Origin: Leptospiraceae bacterium
GTDB lineage: Bacteria; Spirochaetota; Leptospiria; Leptospirales; Leptospiraceae
Assembly (NCBI GenBank): GCA_015075105.1
Contig: JABTUZ010000002.1
Span: 784,313-848,312, forward strand
Reading direction: 5' to 3'
DNA length: 64,000 bases
Part shown: in pieces, positions 29,645 to 39,771 of the stretch
How the letters are laid out: every line of letters starts with the position of its first letter
How positions within the stretch are numbered: the stretch's first letter is position 1
Notes under the pieces: model-generated
Told to the model about the DNA's origin: nothing
What the model saw: only the letters and a program-made list of their open reading frames with translations
Databases searched by the model: none
Program-made: the position numbers and the translations under genes

Positions 29645-30094
29645 ATGTCATCAGGAAAATTTTCAGTCAGCGATGTAGTGAAGTCCATAGAAAAAGCTCG
29701 GGATCACGTTAAAGGTGACGAGTCTCCGGAAATTTACGCAGCACTTGCCTATATCCCATTCATTGGATGGATTTTACCATTTGCTTTTCGTAAGCATCAA
29801 AAATTGTGCGACTTTCACGCCACTCAAGCCTTTAAGCTAAACCTTGGAATAGCAGCGATTATGTGCATAGTATGGATTTTAAAATACTTCCCTATCATTA
29901 GTTGGATTCTGACTGCAATAAAATTCAATCCGATTGTGACAGATTTTTTAAATTATTTGGCATGGGTTGTTTTGATTGCGTTTAGTGCAATGGGAGCAAT
30001 CAAAGCCTATAAAAAAGAAATGTATGAATTGCCTCTTATAGCTGAGGTTGAGGAGAAAATTAAGGAAATATCACGTGCTTCAAAAAATAAATGA
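29645..30094 (+). CDS. DUF4870-like small membrane protein
   Basis: 149 aa; 'YIPFIGWILPF...HATQAFKLNLG' and 3-4 TM helices. Confidence 0.55.
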   Translation: MSSGKFSVSDVVKSIEKARDHVKGDESPEIYAALAYIPFIGWILPFAFRKHQKLCDFHATQAFKLNLGIAAIMCIVWILKYFPIISWILTAIKFNPIVTDFLNYLAWVVLIAFSAMGAIKAYKKEMYELPLIAEVEEKIKEISRASKNK

Positions 30095-30455
30095 TTTGAC
30101 TCACCAAATCAAATCAACCGATTCGGAAAGGCTTCTGAATTACATTGCCTTACTGCCGCTTTTCTTTAATTGGCTGATCATTTTTTCCATGAAAGGAATA
30201 TCTGAAAATTGTAAGAAATCCTGTTTAAGATCCGGTGTATTTTCTTCTATATTTTTTATATTGTTGCTAATTAGTTTTCTTTTTTCTTTAGTGCCTATAG
30301 TCGGTCCATACATCGGAAGTGCAATACATACAGCTGCAGTTTTACTATACCTTGGTTTATCCGGGTTTTTTATTTATGCAGTAAAAAAAGAAAAAAACGT
30401 AAAAATTCATTATATTGATAAGTTTGTTTATAAATTAGAAGAGATACTGCAATAA
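30075..30455 (+). CDS. small membrane protein, distant paralogue of the preceding gene
   Basis: Same topology ('YIALLPLFFNWLIIF...'). The start is ambiguous (TTG 30048, GTG 30075 or TTG 30096) and overlaps or abuts the previous gene. Confidence 0.4.
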   Translation: MLQKINDLTHQIKSTDSERLLNYIALLPLFFNWLIIFSMKGISENCKKSCLRSGVFSSIFFILLLISFLFSLVPIVGPYIGSAIHTAAVLLYLGLSGFFIYAVKKEKNVKIHYIDKFVYKLEEILQ

Positions 30456-30459
30456 ACAA

Positions 30460-30533
30460 GCGCCCATAGCTCAACTGGATAGAGCATTTGACTACGGATC
30501 AAAAGGTTAGGGGTTCAAATCCCTTTGGGCGCA
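30460..30533 (+). tRNA. tRNA-Arg (anticodon ACG)
   Basis: Acceptor GCGCCCA/TGGGCGC, anticodon loop CUACGGA, GGTTCAAATCC. Confidence 0.9.
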
Positions 30534-30620
30534 TAATTTTTCAAAAAAGGGAACTACAATTTTAAGGTTGGCACACAAAAAATTATCCGAATACGGGCAT
30601 TTTACAAAATTTAGAATATT

Positions 30621-31046
30621 ATGGAAGAAGTATTTCTAAAAAAATTTTTTCACAGGTATCCACACGTTTTAGAAGAGATTCCTTCTTTTACTCAGATTTA
30701 CGATAAGGATGAATTGATTGCAGAAAAATTCAATTCTACGGTGGCAGAAAAAAGTTTTATACAGCATAGTGAAATTTTAGCGATTCAAGAAGCCAATTCT
30801 ATAAAAACGTATTTTGAAAATGCAACTCTTCTTACAACTCTTGAGCCTTGTATTATGTGTGCGGGTGCAATCATTAAGTCAAGAATTCAAACAGTGATTT
30901 ATTTCGTTGAAGCTACAAAATATGAAGGTATCTCGTCCTTGCAGCCAGAGTTTATTTACAACCTAAACTTTTTTCCAAAGATTATTTATAATAAAAATGC
31001 GAAGATTCAAGAAATATTTAAAAGTTTTTTTTTAGCCAAAAGATAG
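30621..31046 (+). CDS. tadA: tRNA-specific adenosine deaminase (CDA-fold)
   Basis: Zinc motifs 'HSE' (IQHSEILAIQEA) and 'PCIMCAGA'; conserved position upstream of dnaX-ybaB-recR. Confidence 0.75.
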   Translation: MEEVFLKKFFHRYPHVLEEIPSFTQIYDKDELIAEKFNSTVAEKSFIQHSEILAIQEANSIKTYFENATLLTTLEPCIMCAGAIIKSRIQTVIYFVEATKYEGISSLQPEFIYNLNFFPKIIYNKNAKIQEIFKSFFLAKR

Positions 31047-31094
31047 TTTTCAGTTGACTGTAGTCGGTGAATATTTTTCATTCTAAGCTGGTAG

Positions 31095-31179
<85 letters not shown>

Positions 31180-31191
31180 TAGAAAAATTCT

Positions 31192-32508
31192 ATGACTGAA
31201 CCTCACTTAGTATTATCTCGAAAATATCGCCCTCAAAAATTTAGCGAAGTGATTTATCAAGATGTAGCCGTGAATGCACTTCAAAATGCTCTGAAATCAG
31301 GGAGAGTCGGGCATGCCTATATATTTTTTGGACCGAGAGGAGTCGGGAAAACTACAATTGCAAGAATCTTGGCAAAAAGGGTTAATTGTGATTCTCCTGT
31401 CGATAACGAGCCTTGCAACCAATGTACCTCATGTGTCGAAATCACTAAAGGTATTACAAACGATGTTTTAGAAATAGATGCTGCGAGCCACAGAGGAATT
31501 GACTATATTCTCCAACTTCGCGAAAATGTAAAATTTTCTGCAATGGGAGGGAAGTATAAAATCTATATTATAGACGAAGTTCACATGTTGACTGACGTAT
31601 CTTTTAATGCTCTACTGAAAACTTTGGAAGAGCCTCCACCTCATGTAATATTTATCATGGCCACTACCGAATACCACAAGATTCCTAAAACCATTCTTTC
31701 GAGATGTCAGGATTTTGTATTCAAAAAAGTACCATTGGTTCATCTTCAGGCATTTATAGAAAAAATTTGTAAGTTAGAAAATTATGAATATGATTCGGAA
31801 GGTATTTTTTGGATTGCAAAAAAGGGAGATGGCTCTGTAAGAGACGCTCTTTCTTTTATGGAGCAAGTCATAACTTATTCTGATTCCAAAATTTTCGGAA
31901 AAATTTTGCGAGATCTAATCGGATATCATGGAATTGAAACCCATGAAAAATTTTTGAACAATATTCTAAATAGCGATAATTATGCAGATGCGATCACCAC
32001 AATTCAAAATCTTTTTCAGGAAGGAGAAGATTTGCAGAAATTTCTTTGGGATTTTCTTGAATTTGTACATATTATCGTTCTCACAAAAGAAAATCTGGGG
32101 GATAGAGAAAATATCGATTTTCCTATAGAAGACGTACAAAAGATCAAAGATAAATTTCACCAAATACCAATGGAAGTAGTTATTTTGATTTCTGAAAGAA
32201 TCTATGGTCTTTTTGAAAAAATTAATTTGCTTAGGCTTAGAAACTCCTATGAAATCAAAATATTTATAGAAATTCAAATACGGAAATTAATTTTTGATTT
32301 AGCAAAACCAACTGTATCCGGTGTTGTAGAAAAAATTTCTGAATTGACAAAGCTATTATCGACTGAAGGAGATTTTATTTCCAGTTCGATAACTCAACCC
32401 AAAAAAGAAAATCCAAAACCTTCTTCAGTAGAAGATGTTGAATCTCTACTAAAAGAAAAATTTTCAGCAACTGATGTGGATGCAAATAAATTACCAAAAT
32501 TGGAGTAG
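31192..32508 (+). CDS. dnaX: DNA polymerase III subunit gamma/tau (short form, 438 aa)
   Basis: 'GPRGVGKTT' Walker A, Zn module '[16 protein letters not shown]', 'IIDEVHML', 'GSVRDALS'. Confidence 0.92.
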   Translation: MTEPHLVLSRKYRPQKFSEVIYQDVAVNALQNALKSGRVGHAYIFFGPRGVGKTTIARILAKRVNCDSPVDNEPCNQCTSCVEITKGITNDVLEIDAASHRGIDYILQLRENVKFSAMGGKYKIYIIDEVHMLTDVSFNALLKTLEEPPPHVIFIMATTEYHKIPKTILSRCQDFVFKKVPLVHLQAFIEKICKLENYEYDSEGIFWIAKKGDGSVRDALSFMEQVITYSDSKIFGKILRDLIGYHGIETHEKFLNNILNSDNYADAITTIQNLFQEGEDLQKFLWDFLEFVHIIVLTKENLGDRENIDFPIEDVQKIKDKFHQIPMEVVILISERIYGLFEKINLLRLRNSYEIKIFIEIQIRKLIFDLAKPTVSGVVEKISELTKLLSTEGDFISSSITQPKKENPKPSSVEDVESLLKEKFSATDVDANKLPKLE

Positions 32509-32510
32509 AT

Positions 32511-32861
32511 ATGAGCGAAGGGAATTTAAAATTTACGGAAATTTTCGCGAAAGTAAGCGAAATGAAAAAGCAAATGGAAGAAGTACAAGGCAGAGTTTCT
32601 AAGTTAAGGATTACTTCTACCGCCGGAGCCGGAATGGTAAATGTCACTATAAGTGGAGACGGAGTAATTAAAAACATCGAAATCAACAAAGGCCTATTTG
32701 AAGGTGAAGATGTGAAAATGCTGGAAGACTTGATTCTTTCTGCGGTAAATGACGCTTATAAAAAATCTAAGGAAGCAACTGAGCACGAACTAAAATCAAT
32801 TACAGGCGGTCTTGGGAATCTACCGGATTTTTTAAAACCATTCGGAGGTTTTAATGGTTGA
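32511..32861 (+). CDS. ybaB: YbaB/EbfC nucleoid-associated protein
   Basis: 116 aa; 'MKKQMEEVQ...[21 protein letters not shown]...[10 protein letters not shown]'. Confidence 0.9.
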   Translation: MSEGNLKFTEIFAKVSEMKKQMEEVQGRVSKLRITSTAGAGMVNVTISGDGVIKNIEINKGLFEGEDVKMLEDLILSAVNDAYKKSKEATEHELKSITGGLGNLPDFLKPFGGFNG

Positions 32862-33447
32862 TGAGGCATTTCAAAATTTAATTGAAGCCTTTGTATCTCT
32901 TCCAGGAATCGGGAAAAAAAGTGCCTATAGAATTGCATTTCATATACTTCGCCAAGATGCTAATGAATTTGACTCGTTCATAAAAAACATTCAAGAAGCA
33001 AAAAAAAATCTGAAGTTCTGCACAGTGTGCGGCGCTATATCTCAAAACGAGATATGCTCTATTTGTACTTCTTCAAATCGAAATATAGGTATAGTTTGTG
33101 TTGTAGAAGAGCCGGAAGATATTTTCTTTATTGAAAATACGGGTGAGTTTCGGGGGAAATACCATGTATTGAATGGGGCTATTTCACCGTTAGACGGAAT
33201 AGGACCCGATGAGATTAGAATTAAAGAGTTGTTGAATCGTGTTCAAAATGAAAATTTGAATGAGATTCTAATGGCGACCAATCCTACTTTGGAAGGGGAT
33301 GCAACTGCGACCTATATCGCAAGTTTACTGAAAAATTCTTCTATAAAAATTACTCGCATAGCTCATGGAGTTGCAGTCGGTAGCAATATCGAATATGCTG
33401 ATCAATACACTCTGGGAAAAGCAATCCGATCCAGACTAACCCTTTAA
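32854..33447 (+). CDS. recR: recombination protein RecR
   Basis: HhH 'LPGIGKKSA', Zn finger 'CTVCGAIS...CSIC', Toprim '[10 protein letters not shown]'. Confidence 0.95.
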   Translation: MVDEAFQNLIEAFVSLPGIGKKSAYRIAFHILRQDANEFDSFIKNIQEAKKNLKFCTVCGAISQNEICSICTSSNRNIGIVCVVEEPEDIFFIENTGEFRGKYHVLNGAISPLDGIGPDEIRIKELLNRVQNENLNEILMATNPTLEGDATATYIASLLKNSSIKITRIAHGVAVGSNIEYADQYTLGKAIRSRLTL

Positions 33448-34976
33448 AATTTATGCTCTAAGGTAAAAAAGGCCTCATAGATTTTTTTACCATAAGGCGC
33501 ATCAAATAAAACTTTCAGTCCATCTCCGGCAATAAATACGCCCGATCTAAATAGCAATTGTAAATCTCTAAACATGTTCCATCTAATATTAAAATTGTAT
33601 TCGTGTCCCATATAGTTACTCGTTTTTTTCCCCGCGTCTAAATTGAATTCACGATTGTTTTCGATTTCGGGAGATTTGCTCGAATAGAGTCTATAATAAC
33701 CGAACGTTAGTTGCAGAGGACCATAAACCAATATATTAGAAAATGCTCCGTATTCAATTAATCCACTCATGGATTTCCCTGAAAATAAAGCGTAACCTCC
33801 AGTGAAGTCGATTCCTATATTGGAGATAGCGAAGCCCGGAGAAAGAGTTCTGTAGCCGTTACCTTTATTTGCAGATAGAACCCCGTCTTTTTCATAACCA
33901 GGTCTTCCTGTAGTTCCAATACCAACTAACCCCAATGTGATTTTATCTGTATAATTATAATTCAATTGAAAATCAAAAAGTGCTCCTTTGATTTTGTGCC
34001 TGTCGTATTTTTCGTAAACTTCAGTTCCTGAACTGATACGGTAAGGGTTAGAAGTTTTTAGCGTTCCTGTGTTGAATATCCCGTGGATAGAAAAGCTAAG
34101 CCGTGTAAATGTAAATTCATTGAACAAGCCGTGCCAGAATAAATTGCCGGTTTCTTTAGCAGGGTCAGTTCGATCCGTATCGTTTAAGAGATACGAGTAA
34201 ATTTCATTTTTAATATTTCTTACCGGGTTGAGTTTTAATTTTATGAAATAGATATTTGTATTCACATAATTTTTTGTATTGAATCCATTCCCATCCGGGT
34301 AGGGGATGCTTCTGTCTCTGGCGCGAATCCAACCTCCTTCAAAAGTTGCATTCTTGTTACGAAGGTCTTTTGTAATTTGAACACCGGCTCCATTGGTGTA
34401 TAGCACTCTACCTTGTGCAGAAGAAAATAACTGAATTCCTGTCCTGATGTTGAAACTTTGTGAAGGTAGTTTAAAATTAATATATAAAAAGTTTGTCTGG
34501 ACGTTAGTTCCGGAGGATTGACCCATTTCTCCTCCACTCCCCGGCCCAGTTGTATAAGGATCATTTTTTGTAGGAGAAATTCCCTTCCCTCCAAACGGAA
34601 TATCCCCTACCTGCATCCCCCAAAGTCCATCTAAATATTTTGATGTGATAAAATTCAAATTTAAGAGGACTCTGGTGTCGTAATATCTGATTGATTCGTC
34701 CTGTCTTTGAATTGTGGAGGGCTTTCCTTTTAGTCTTGCATCAACTTCTGTGTTGAAAGCATTTTGAGCATTTACAGACCTTGCATCACTTTCGGCTTGT
34801 TTATCATAAATTGGAAGAGTCGAATTTTTTCGATAGAGTAGCATATCTCTTCCCATGTTAAAAGCTCTTGTACGAAAAGAGCCACTAAATTCAAATAGAG
34901 TTCTTTGCTCCGAGTCATCAGCTCTAATTGATGAAGAAAGCAATATTAAAAATAAAAAATATTTCAGTTTCTTCAA
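33444..34976 (-). CDS. putative outer-membrane beta-barrel protein (porin-like)
   Basis: Signal peptide, alternating amphipathic strands, aromatic-rich, C-terminal '...TLEHKF'; 4-nt overlap with the upstream SBP gene. Confidence 0.5.
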   Translation of the reverse strand: MKKLKYFLFLILLSSSIRADDSEQRTLFEFSGSFRTRAFNMGRDMLLYRKNSTLPIYDKQAESDARSVNAQNAFNTEVDARLKGKPSTIQRQDESIRYYDTRVLLNLNFITSKYLDGLWGMQVGDIPFGGKGISPTKNDPYTTGPGSGGEMGQSSGTNVQTNFLYINFKLPSQSFNIRTGIQLFSSAQGRVLYTNGAGVQITKDLRNKNATFEGGWIRARDRSIPYPDGNGFNTKNYVNTNIYFIKLKLNPVRNIKNEIYSYLLNDTDRTDPAKETGNLFWHGLFNEFTFTRLSFSIHGIFNTGTLKTSNPYRISSGTEVYEKYDRHKIKGALFDFQLNYNYTDKITLGLVGIGTTGRPGYEKDGVLSANKGNGYRTLSPGFAISNIGIDFTGGYALFSGKSMSGLIEYGAFSNILVYGPLQLTFGYYRLYSSKSPEIENNREFNLDAGKKTSNYMGHEYNFNIRWNMFRDLQLLFRSGVFIAGDGLKVLFDAPYGKKIYEAFFTLEHKF

Positions 34977-35815
34977 TTTTTCTTAACCCAGCCATTGTTG
35001 TTAAAATATTTGGCTTTGAGTTCTTTGATGTTCCCGTTTCTTTTCATTTCTTTAATAAAAAAATTCATACTTTGAGTCAAATACACATCATTCTTTGGAA
35101 GTGCAACACTGATATGCTCTTCAGATACAGGGTTTAATAAGGGAAGGTAATTTGCTTTCAGCTCAGGTTTTTTTTGTAATAAAGCCTCAATTAATAAACC
35201 GTCAGCCACAAAACAATTTACGTTGTTCCGTAAGAGGGAATCCAAAGACAGGTTGTTTGAAAGATAAGAATACGTTTTTGAATTCTCAAAATTTTTCTTT
35301 AAGAAAAAATAACTGGAAGAATCAGACTTTACCGAAAAAGAAATTCCTGATTGAAATTTTAAATCAAGAAGATCCTTAAATGGTTTTACTACTACGATTT
35401 GCCCTTCTGGTTCAGGGGGTAAACTTTGTTTATTGACAAGACCGGCAGGAGTAGTGATTAAATACGGATCGGAAAAATTTACTTCTTTTGCTCGAGCTAA
35501 ATGAGAAGATATACCTGCTACTGCAATATCAACTTTTCCGGACACAATTGCCCTCGCCTGATCTTCAAAGTCTCCAAGAGGAATAATTTTGATATTCACA
35601 TCTAAAAACTTGGCGTATTTTTTGGCAAAGTCTACATCAAATCCGGGAAACCCTTCATTAGGATCCTCTATATAAAAAGGCTCATAGGTCTTGGCTACAG
35701 ATACGACTATTTCTTTTTTCTTTAGGATTGAAAAAAGGCGAGTTTCCTGTGAAAATACAGATTCAAAATATACGAATATAAATATAAAAAAAATTATTAT
35801 TTTTTTATTGTGCAT
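34973..35815 (-). CDS. family-3 solute-binding protein (amino-acid ABC-type SBP)
   Basis: Signal peptide; 'GFDVDFAKKYAKFL', 'GKVDIAVAGIS'. Confidence 0.75.
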   Translation of the reverse strand: MHNKKIIIFFIFIFVYFESVFSQETRLFSILKKKEIVVSVAKTYEPFYIEDPNEGFPGFDVDFAKKYAKFLDVNIKIIPLGDFEDQARAIVSGKVDIAVAGISSHLARAKEVNFSDPYLITTPAGLVNKQSLPPEPEGQIVVVKPFKDLLDLKFQSGISFSVKSDSSSYFFLKKNFENSKTYSYLSNNLSLDSLLRNNVNCFVADGLLIEALLQKKPELKANYLPLLNPVSEEHISVALPKNDVYLTQSMNFFIKEMKRNGNIKELKAKYFNNNGWVKKN

Positions 35816-35835
35816 TGTTCTACTCTCAAAAATTT

Positions 35836-35875
35836 ATGACTAGTCTGTGAGTAGGTAGCTTCACAAGTGAGTCAT
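35836..35875 (-). terminator. hairpin / bidirectional terminator downstream of the OmpA-family gene
   Basis: ATGACTAGTCTGTGAG - taggtag - CTTCACAAGTGAGTCAT, flanked by an A-run and a T-run. Confidence 0.5.
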
Positions 35876-35917
35876 TTTTTCTAAACAAATTATTTCAAAA
35901 CTACAATGTCAATCTGA

Positions 35918-37156
35918 TTATTTCAGAATCTCAAATTCTGTACGCCTGTTTTTCTTACTGGCAAAGTCATCGTCTGAATTAATCAGAGGAAGGCTCGAGC
36001 CTTTTCCTTCCGTAAAAATTCGATTGGAGTCAATTTTTTTCTGAATCATGTACTCTTTTACGGCGATTGCACGGTTTTCGGAAAGAATTTTATTTGCGTC
36101 TAAATCTCCTGTAAGGTCTGTATGCCCGGTGATCTTTACCTTTTTGTCCGGGTTTTTTCGTAAAAATTCCACTACCTTGTCTAAGGCAGGCTCTGATTCT
36201 GCTAAAATTTTACTCGAGTTTCTCTCAAAATAGATGTTATTTAGGGTGATTTTATTTCTAATTTTCAACATCTCTGAAATGTCTTTTTCAGAGATTTCAG
36301 TTCCCTCGTAGATGTCATAACTTTTCCCGGGCTCTTTTCTGCAAAAAATGAAACTATTGTTGGAGTGGTTCTGGATAATATAGGCTTCGTCTCCAACTGT
36401 ATTAATCTCCGGACCAAGATTTTCTATCGTAATATTATTATCTGAATGGATTTTAGCCCTGTATATATCGTAACCTCCATAACCTTTTTCACGATTGGAA
36501 GAAAATAAAATTTCTTTTCCATCGTCTGACACTATAGCAGCGATATTAGAGCTGTCGTCGTTTATAGGAAAAGGAAGAGGTTTTGGCTCGCTCCAATTTC
36601 TCCCATCATAAACAGAAGAGTAAATTTTTGCTTTTTGAAGCTCACCAAAAGGGTACCTTGTAAAGTACAATGTGTTTCCTGATAGAAAAGGATTTTCTTC
36701 AATAGCAGAAGTATTGATTCTACCAGAAAGGGATTTTGGTTCAGTCCAAACATTATTTTTGAAATCAGAAAAATAAATATCTCTGGATACTCCAATTTTT
36801 CCATTTGGAAAAATGAATTCTTTGGATCCATCTCGATTAGAAGAAAACAAAATACTTTTAGAACTTTTATTCTCAAAAATAAAAGGGCTCCCATCGTCAT
36901 AAGGGGAATTTAACTCTTCAAGAGGCATCGGAATAGACCACTTGTTTTCTTTTCGGATAGCCTTATACAAATCTGTGTAATTGGCACCTTTTCTTTTTGA
37001 ATAAAAATACAATTCAAGCCCGTCTTTGGAAATAGATGGACCAAACTCCTGAAACTCTGTATTGATATTTCCAGAGATAGGCTCTACTTTAAATATAGGT
37101 TGAGCTGAAATTGGAAATATGAATAAACACAATAGAATTAGTATGAATTTTTTCAT
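35918..37156 (-). CDS. OmpA-family protein with TolB-like (PD40) beta-propeller repeats
   Basis: Signal peptide; repeated 'E..P.IS.DG..LYF.S.R'; C-terminal OmpA domain 'ITGHTDLTGDLDANKILSENRA...NRRTEFEI'. Confidence 0.85.
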   Translation of the reverse strand: MKKFILILLCLFIFPISAQPIFKVEPISGNINTEFQEFGPSISKDGLELYFYSKRKGANYTDLYKAIRKENKWSIPMPLEELNSPYDDGSPFIFENKSSKSILFSSNRDGSKEFIFPNGKIGVSRDIYFSDFKNNVWTEPKSLSGRINTSAIEENPFLSGNTLYFTRYPFGELQKAKIYSSVYDGRNWSEPKPLPFPINDDSSNIAAIVSDDGKEILFSSNREKGYGGYDIYRAKIHSDNNITIENLGPEINTVGDEAYIIQNHSNNSFIFCRKEPGKSYDIYEGTEISEKDISEMLKIRNKITLNNIYFERNSSKILAESEPALDKVVEFLRKNPDKKVKITGHTDLTGDLDANKILSENRAIAVKEYMIQKKIDSNRIFTEGKGSSLPLINSDDDFASKKNRRTEFEILK

Positions 37157-37168
37157 AATCGAATTTAT

Positions 37169-37534
37169 TTAAGTAGAAAGAATAGATTTTACAACTTCAA
37201 GTATTTTTTTTGGTGAAAAAGGTTTTGTTATAAATTCATTCCCACCAACTTCTATAGCTTTTTCTCTGTCAGAGGATTGTCCTTTTGCAGTTAAGAAAAC
37301 AATGGGTGTTGATTCAAACTCTTTGATATTGCGAATTTCTCTCGTGGCTTCAAATCCGTCTTTTACGGGCATCATTATATCCATAAAAATTAAATCAGGT
37401 TTTATTTCGATAGTTTTGGCAACTCCTATCGCTCCATTTCTTGCAACTTCAACTTGAAATCCTTCGCTGACTAAAATATCTGTGAGTATTCTGGAAATTT
37501 GAGGTTGGTCATCTACGATCAGAATTTTCTTCAC
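37169..37534 (-). CDS. single-domain response regulator (CheY-like receiver)
   Basis: 'KILIVDDQ', phospho-acceptor 'DIMMPVKDG', 'LTAKG'. Confidence 0.9.
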   Translation of the reverse strand: MKKILIVDDQPQISRILTDILVSEGFQVEVARNGAIGVAKTIEIKPDLIFMDIMMPVKDGFEATREIRNIKEFESTPIVFLTAKGQSSDREKAIEVGGNEFITKPFSPKKILEVVKSILST

Positions 37535-37602
37535 TTTATCCCCTAAAAAGCATATAAAATATATAGAAAATATTATTCAGTAAACGTAAACATATTTTAG
37601 AT

Positions 37603-37727
37603 ATTTATGACGCTACTGCAAAAACCCATTTCAGGGCTTTTTACAACGCTAGAAAATGGCACTTTTATTGGCTTTTTGAACAATTGCTTTTTCAAAAACA
37701 GTTTTTTGCAGGTACGCCATTTATAAA
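37603..37727 (+). repeat. dispersed TIR element, copy B (best-preserved TIRs)
   Basis: ATTTATGACGCTACTGCAAAAACCC ... GCTAGAAAATGGCAC ... TTTTTTGCAGGTACGCCATTTATAAA; the ends are imperfect reverse complements. Lies between divergent genes. Confidence 0.75.
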
Positions 37728-37812
37728 AGGAATCTAAATATTTATTGCTTAACCGGTATAAGATATTATTCTCAGTAAACAATAAATTAAGTTCAGGTCA
37801 AAGGGAATTTCC

Positions 37813-38493
37813 ATGCAGAATGAAAAGTTTGAAGCAGTCCAAAAGGTTATAAACTCCAGAATTAGCTGTAGAGGTTTTCTTGATAAACCTGTCTCAGAAG
37901 AAATTCTGAAAGAAATTGTAGAGCTTTCTGAAAGGTCTCCTACTTGGAAAAATGCACAGAGCTATGAACTCATCGCTGTAAGCGGGAACTTAAAAAATAC
38001 GATTTGTGAAGAGCTTATCGAAAAAGCAAAAACAGGGGCTTTACCAAATTCTGATTTTCCGTACGAGACAAACTATCCTTCTAAAATTAAAAAAAGAATC
38101 ATGGAGCTCGCAATGGAATTTTATGGTCATCTAAAAATTGAAAGAAAAGATAAACCAAAAAGAGAAATCCAAATGCTTAAAAATTTTTCTGGGTTTGGGT
38201 CGCCTACGATTGTATTTTGCTTAATTCCTTCTAGTTTAAGAGAATGGGCAATTTTAGATTTAGGAATTTTTCTCGGTCATGTAGTTATTGCAGCAGAATC
38301 AAAAGGTCTTTCAACTTGTTTGCAGGCAGCTTTAGTATCGTATCCCGATATTATACGGAAATATTTGAATATCGGGATAGACAAATCTATTGCAGTTGGT
38401 TTTTCAATAGGGTACAAAGACGACTCAGAATTAGCAAATTCATTCTATTCAAAAAGAGTACCGATTGATGAAATCCTTCGGTTTGCAAGATGA
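37813..38493 (+). CDS. nitroreductase-family oxidoreductase
   Basis: 'RISCRGF', 'SPTWKNAQ', and size/fold typical of NfsB-like enzymes. Confidence 0.8.
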   Translation: MQNEKFEAVQKVINSRISCRGFLDKPVSEEILKEIVELSERSPTWKNAQSYELIAVSGNLKNTICEELIEKAKTGALPNSDFPYETNYPSKIKKRIMELAMEFYGHLKIERKDKPKREIQMLKNFSGFGSPTIVFCLIPSSLREWAILDLGIFLGHVVIAAESKGLSTCLQAALVSYPDIIRKYLNIGIDKSIAVGFSIGYKDDSELANSFYSKRVPIDEILRFAR

Positions 38494-38514
38494 TTTTATA
38501 TAAATGGAAAAAAA

Positions 38515-39771
38515 ATGGATATTGATATAGAAAAAATTTCAGGTAGGATCGTAACACACGAAAAAGATTTTTTTGGAACTATTTTTTTTAGCAATAAGAT
38601 AGGTCTTATTCAAGATGTGGTTTCGGCTGAGTCTGAAAGTTTACAGAGAAGTTATTCACTTACCGATTGTGTGATTTTTCCCGGATTTGGGGATATCCAC
38701 ATTCACGCAAGAGAGGACGAGTCACAAAAACAAATCTATAAAGAAGATTTTCAAAGCGTTTCGCATGCAGCCCTAAACGGTGGAGTAGTCCATATAGCTG
38801 ATATGCCAAATAACCCAATACCACCTATTGACGATGATAGTTACAAAAAAAAAGACAGCCTTGCACAAAAAAAATCACCGATTTTGATTACTCTATACGC
38901 TGGGATTGGACCTAACACTAAACCACTTTCCAGAAAAGTTCCCTATAAAGTTTTTATGGGCCCTTCGATTGGCGAATTGTATTTTAAGACAAACGAAGAG
39001 CTTGAGGACGTTATGCGCCACTATAGAGGAGAAAATGTTAGCTTCCACTGTGAAGACCCTATTATTTTAGAAAACCATAAGGGTGAAAAATTGCACGAAG
39101 ATAGAAGACCTCCATTAGCAGAAATAACTGCAACTGAGTTTGCTATTTACTTAATTGAAAAATACGATCTAAAAGGAAAACTCTGCCATTACTCTACAAA
39201 AGAAGGATTAAAAAAAATTATCGAAGCAAAAAAAAGACACTTATCTGTCACTTGTGAGGTTACGCCCACCCATTTGTTTTTTGACAGATCTATGATTACA
39301 AGTGAGAATTTTTTTTGGTTTCAGATGAATCCCCCTTTAAGAGAAAAAGAAGACAAAGAGGCTTTACTAAATTCTCTGATTCAAGGTGATATAGACTACC
39401 TTGCTACAGATCATGCTCCTCACACAATTGAAGAAAAGAAAAAAGGAATTAGTGGGATTTCTCAATTAGACACGTATTCGCTATTCGTAACTTGGCTCAT
39501 CAACGAAAAAAAAGTACCCTTAAAAAGAATAGCAGAGGTCTGTGCTAAAAATCCGGGAGATTTTGTAAATGGATTTTTACCAGAAAAATACGGTAAAGGA
39601 TTTGGTAGAATTGAAAAAGGATATTCTGCGAGTTTCACAATTTTAAATTTACGAGAAAAAACTATATTTCAAAAAGAAATGATAAAAAGCAAAAGCGGCT
39701 GGTCTCCTTATGAAGGGTTTTCATTTCCAGGAAAATTAGAAGCGGTATATTTCCACGGAAGAAAAGTTTAA
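38515..39771 (+). CDS. dihydroorotase-like cyclic amidohydrolase
   Basis: Metal ligands 'DIHIHARED', 'FHCEDP', 'TDHAPH'. Confidence 0.75.
   Translation: MDIDIEKISGRIVTHEKDFFGTIFFSNKIGLIQDVVSAESESLQRSYSLTDCVIFPGFGDIHIHAREDESQKQIYKEDFQSVSHAALNGGVVHIADMPNNPIPPIDDDSYKKKDSLAQKKSPILITLYAGIGPNTKPLSRKVPYKVFMGPSIGELYFKTNEELEDVMRHYRGENVSFHCEDPIILENHKGEKLHEDRRPPLAEITATEFAIYLIEKYDLKGKLCHYSTKEGLKKIIEAKKRHLSVTCEVTPTHLFFDRSMITSENFFWFQMNPPLREKEDKEALLNSLIQGDIDYLATDHAPHTIEEKKKGISGISQLDTYSLFVTWLINEKKVPLKRIAEVCAKNPGDFVNGFLPEKYGKGFGRIEKGYSASFTILNLREKTIFQKEMIKSKSGWSPYEGFSFPGKLEAVYFHGRKV

Noticed and set aside
31047-31094. SRP (4.5S/scr) RNA expected between tadA and dnaX by synteny with Bacillus
   Set aside because: Only 48 nt are free besides the tRNA-Ser(GGA) gene, and no SRP domain IV motif was seen.
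31818-31824. A AAA AAG heptamer in the zero frame of dnaX, identical to the E. coli tau/gamma frameshift site
   Set aside because: It lies at about codon 210, inside the AAA+ module just before the 'GSVRDALS' sensor region. A -1 shift there would destroy the ATPase. No downstream stem-loop was evident.
37657-37672. Sigma54-like TGGCAC-N5-TTGG inside repeat copy B
   Set aside because: The -12 element reads GG instead of GC. The motif is also not conserved in the equivalent block of copies A, C and E (TGGCAA, TGACAC, TGGCGA with unrelated downstream bases), so it is probably coincidental.
37597-37782. 61-aa ORF on the minus strand
   Set aside because: It lies entirely within or around repeat copy B in a divergent promoter region, has no SD, and has a low-complexity composition.
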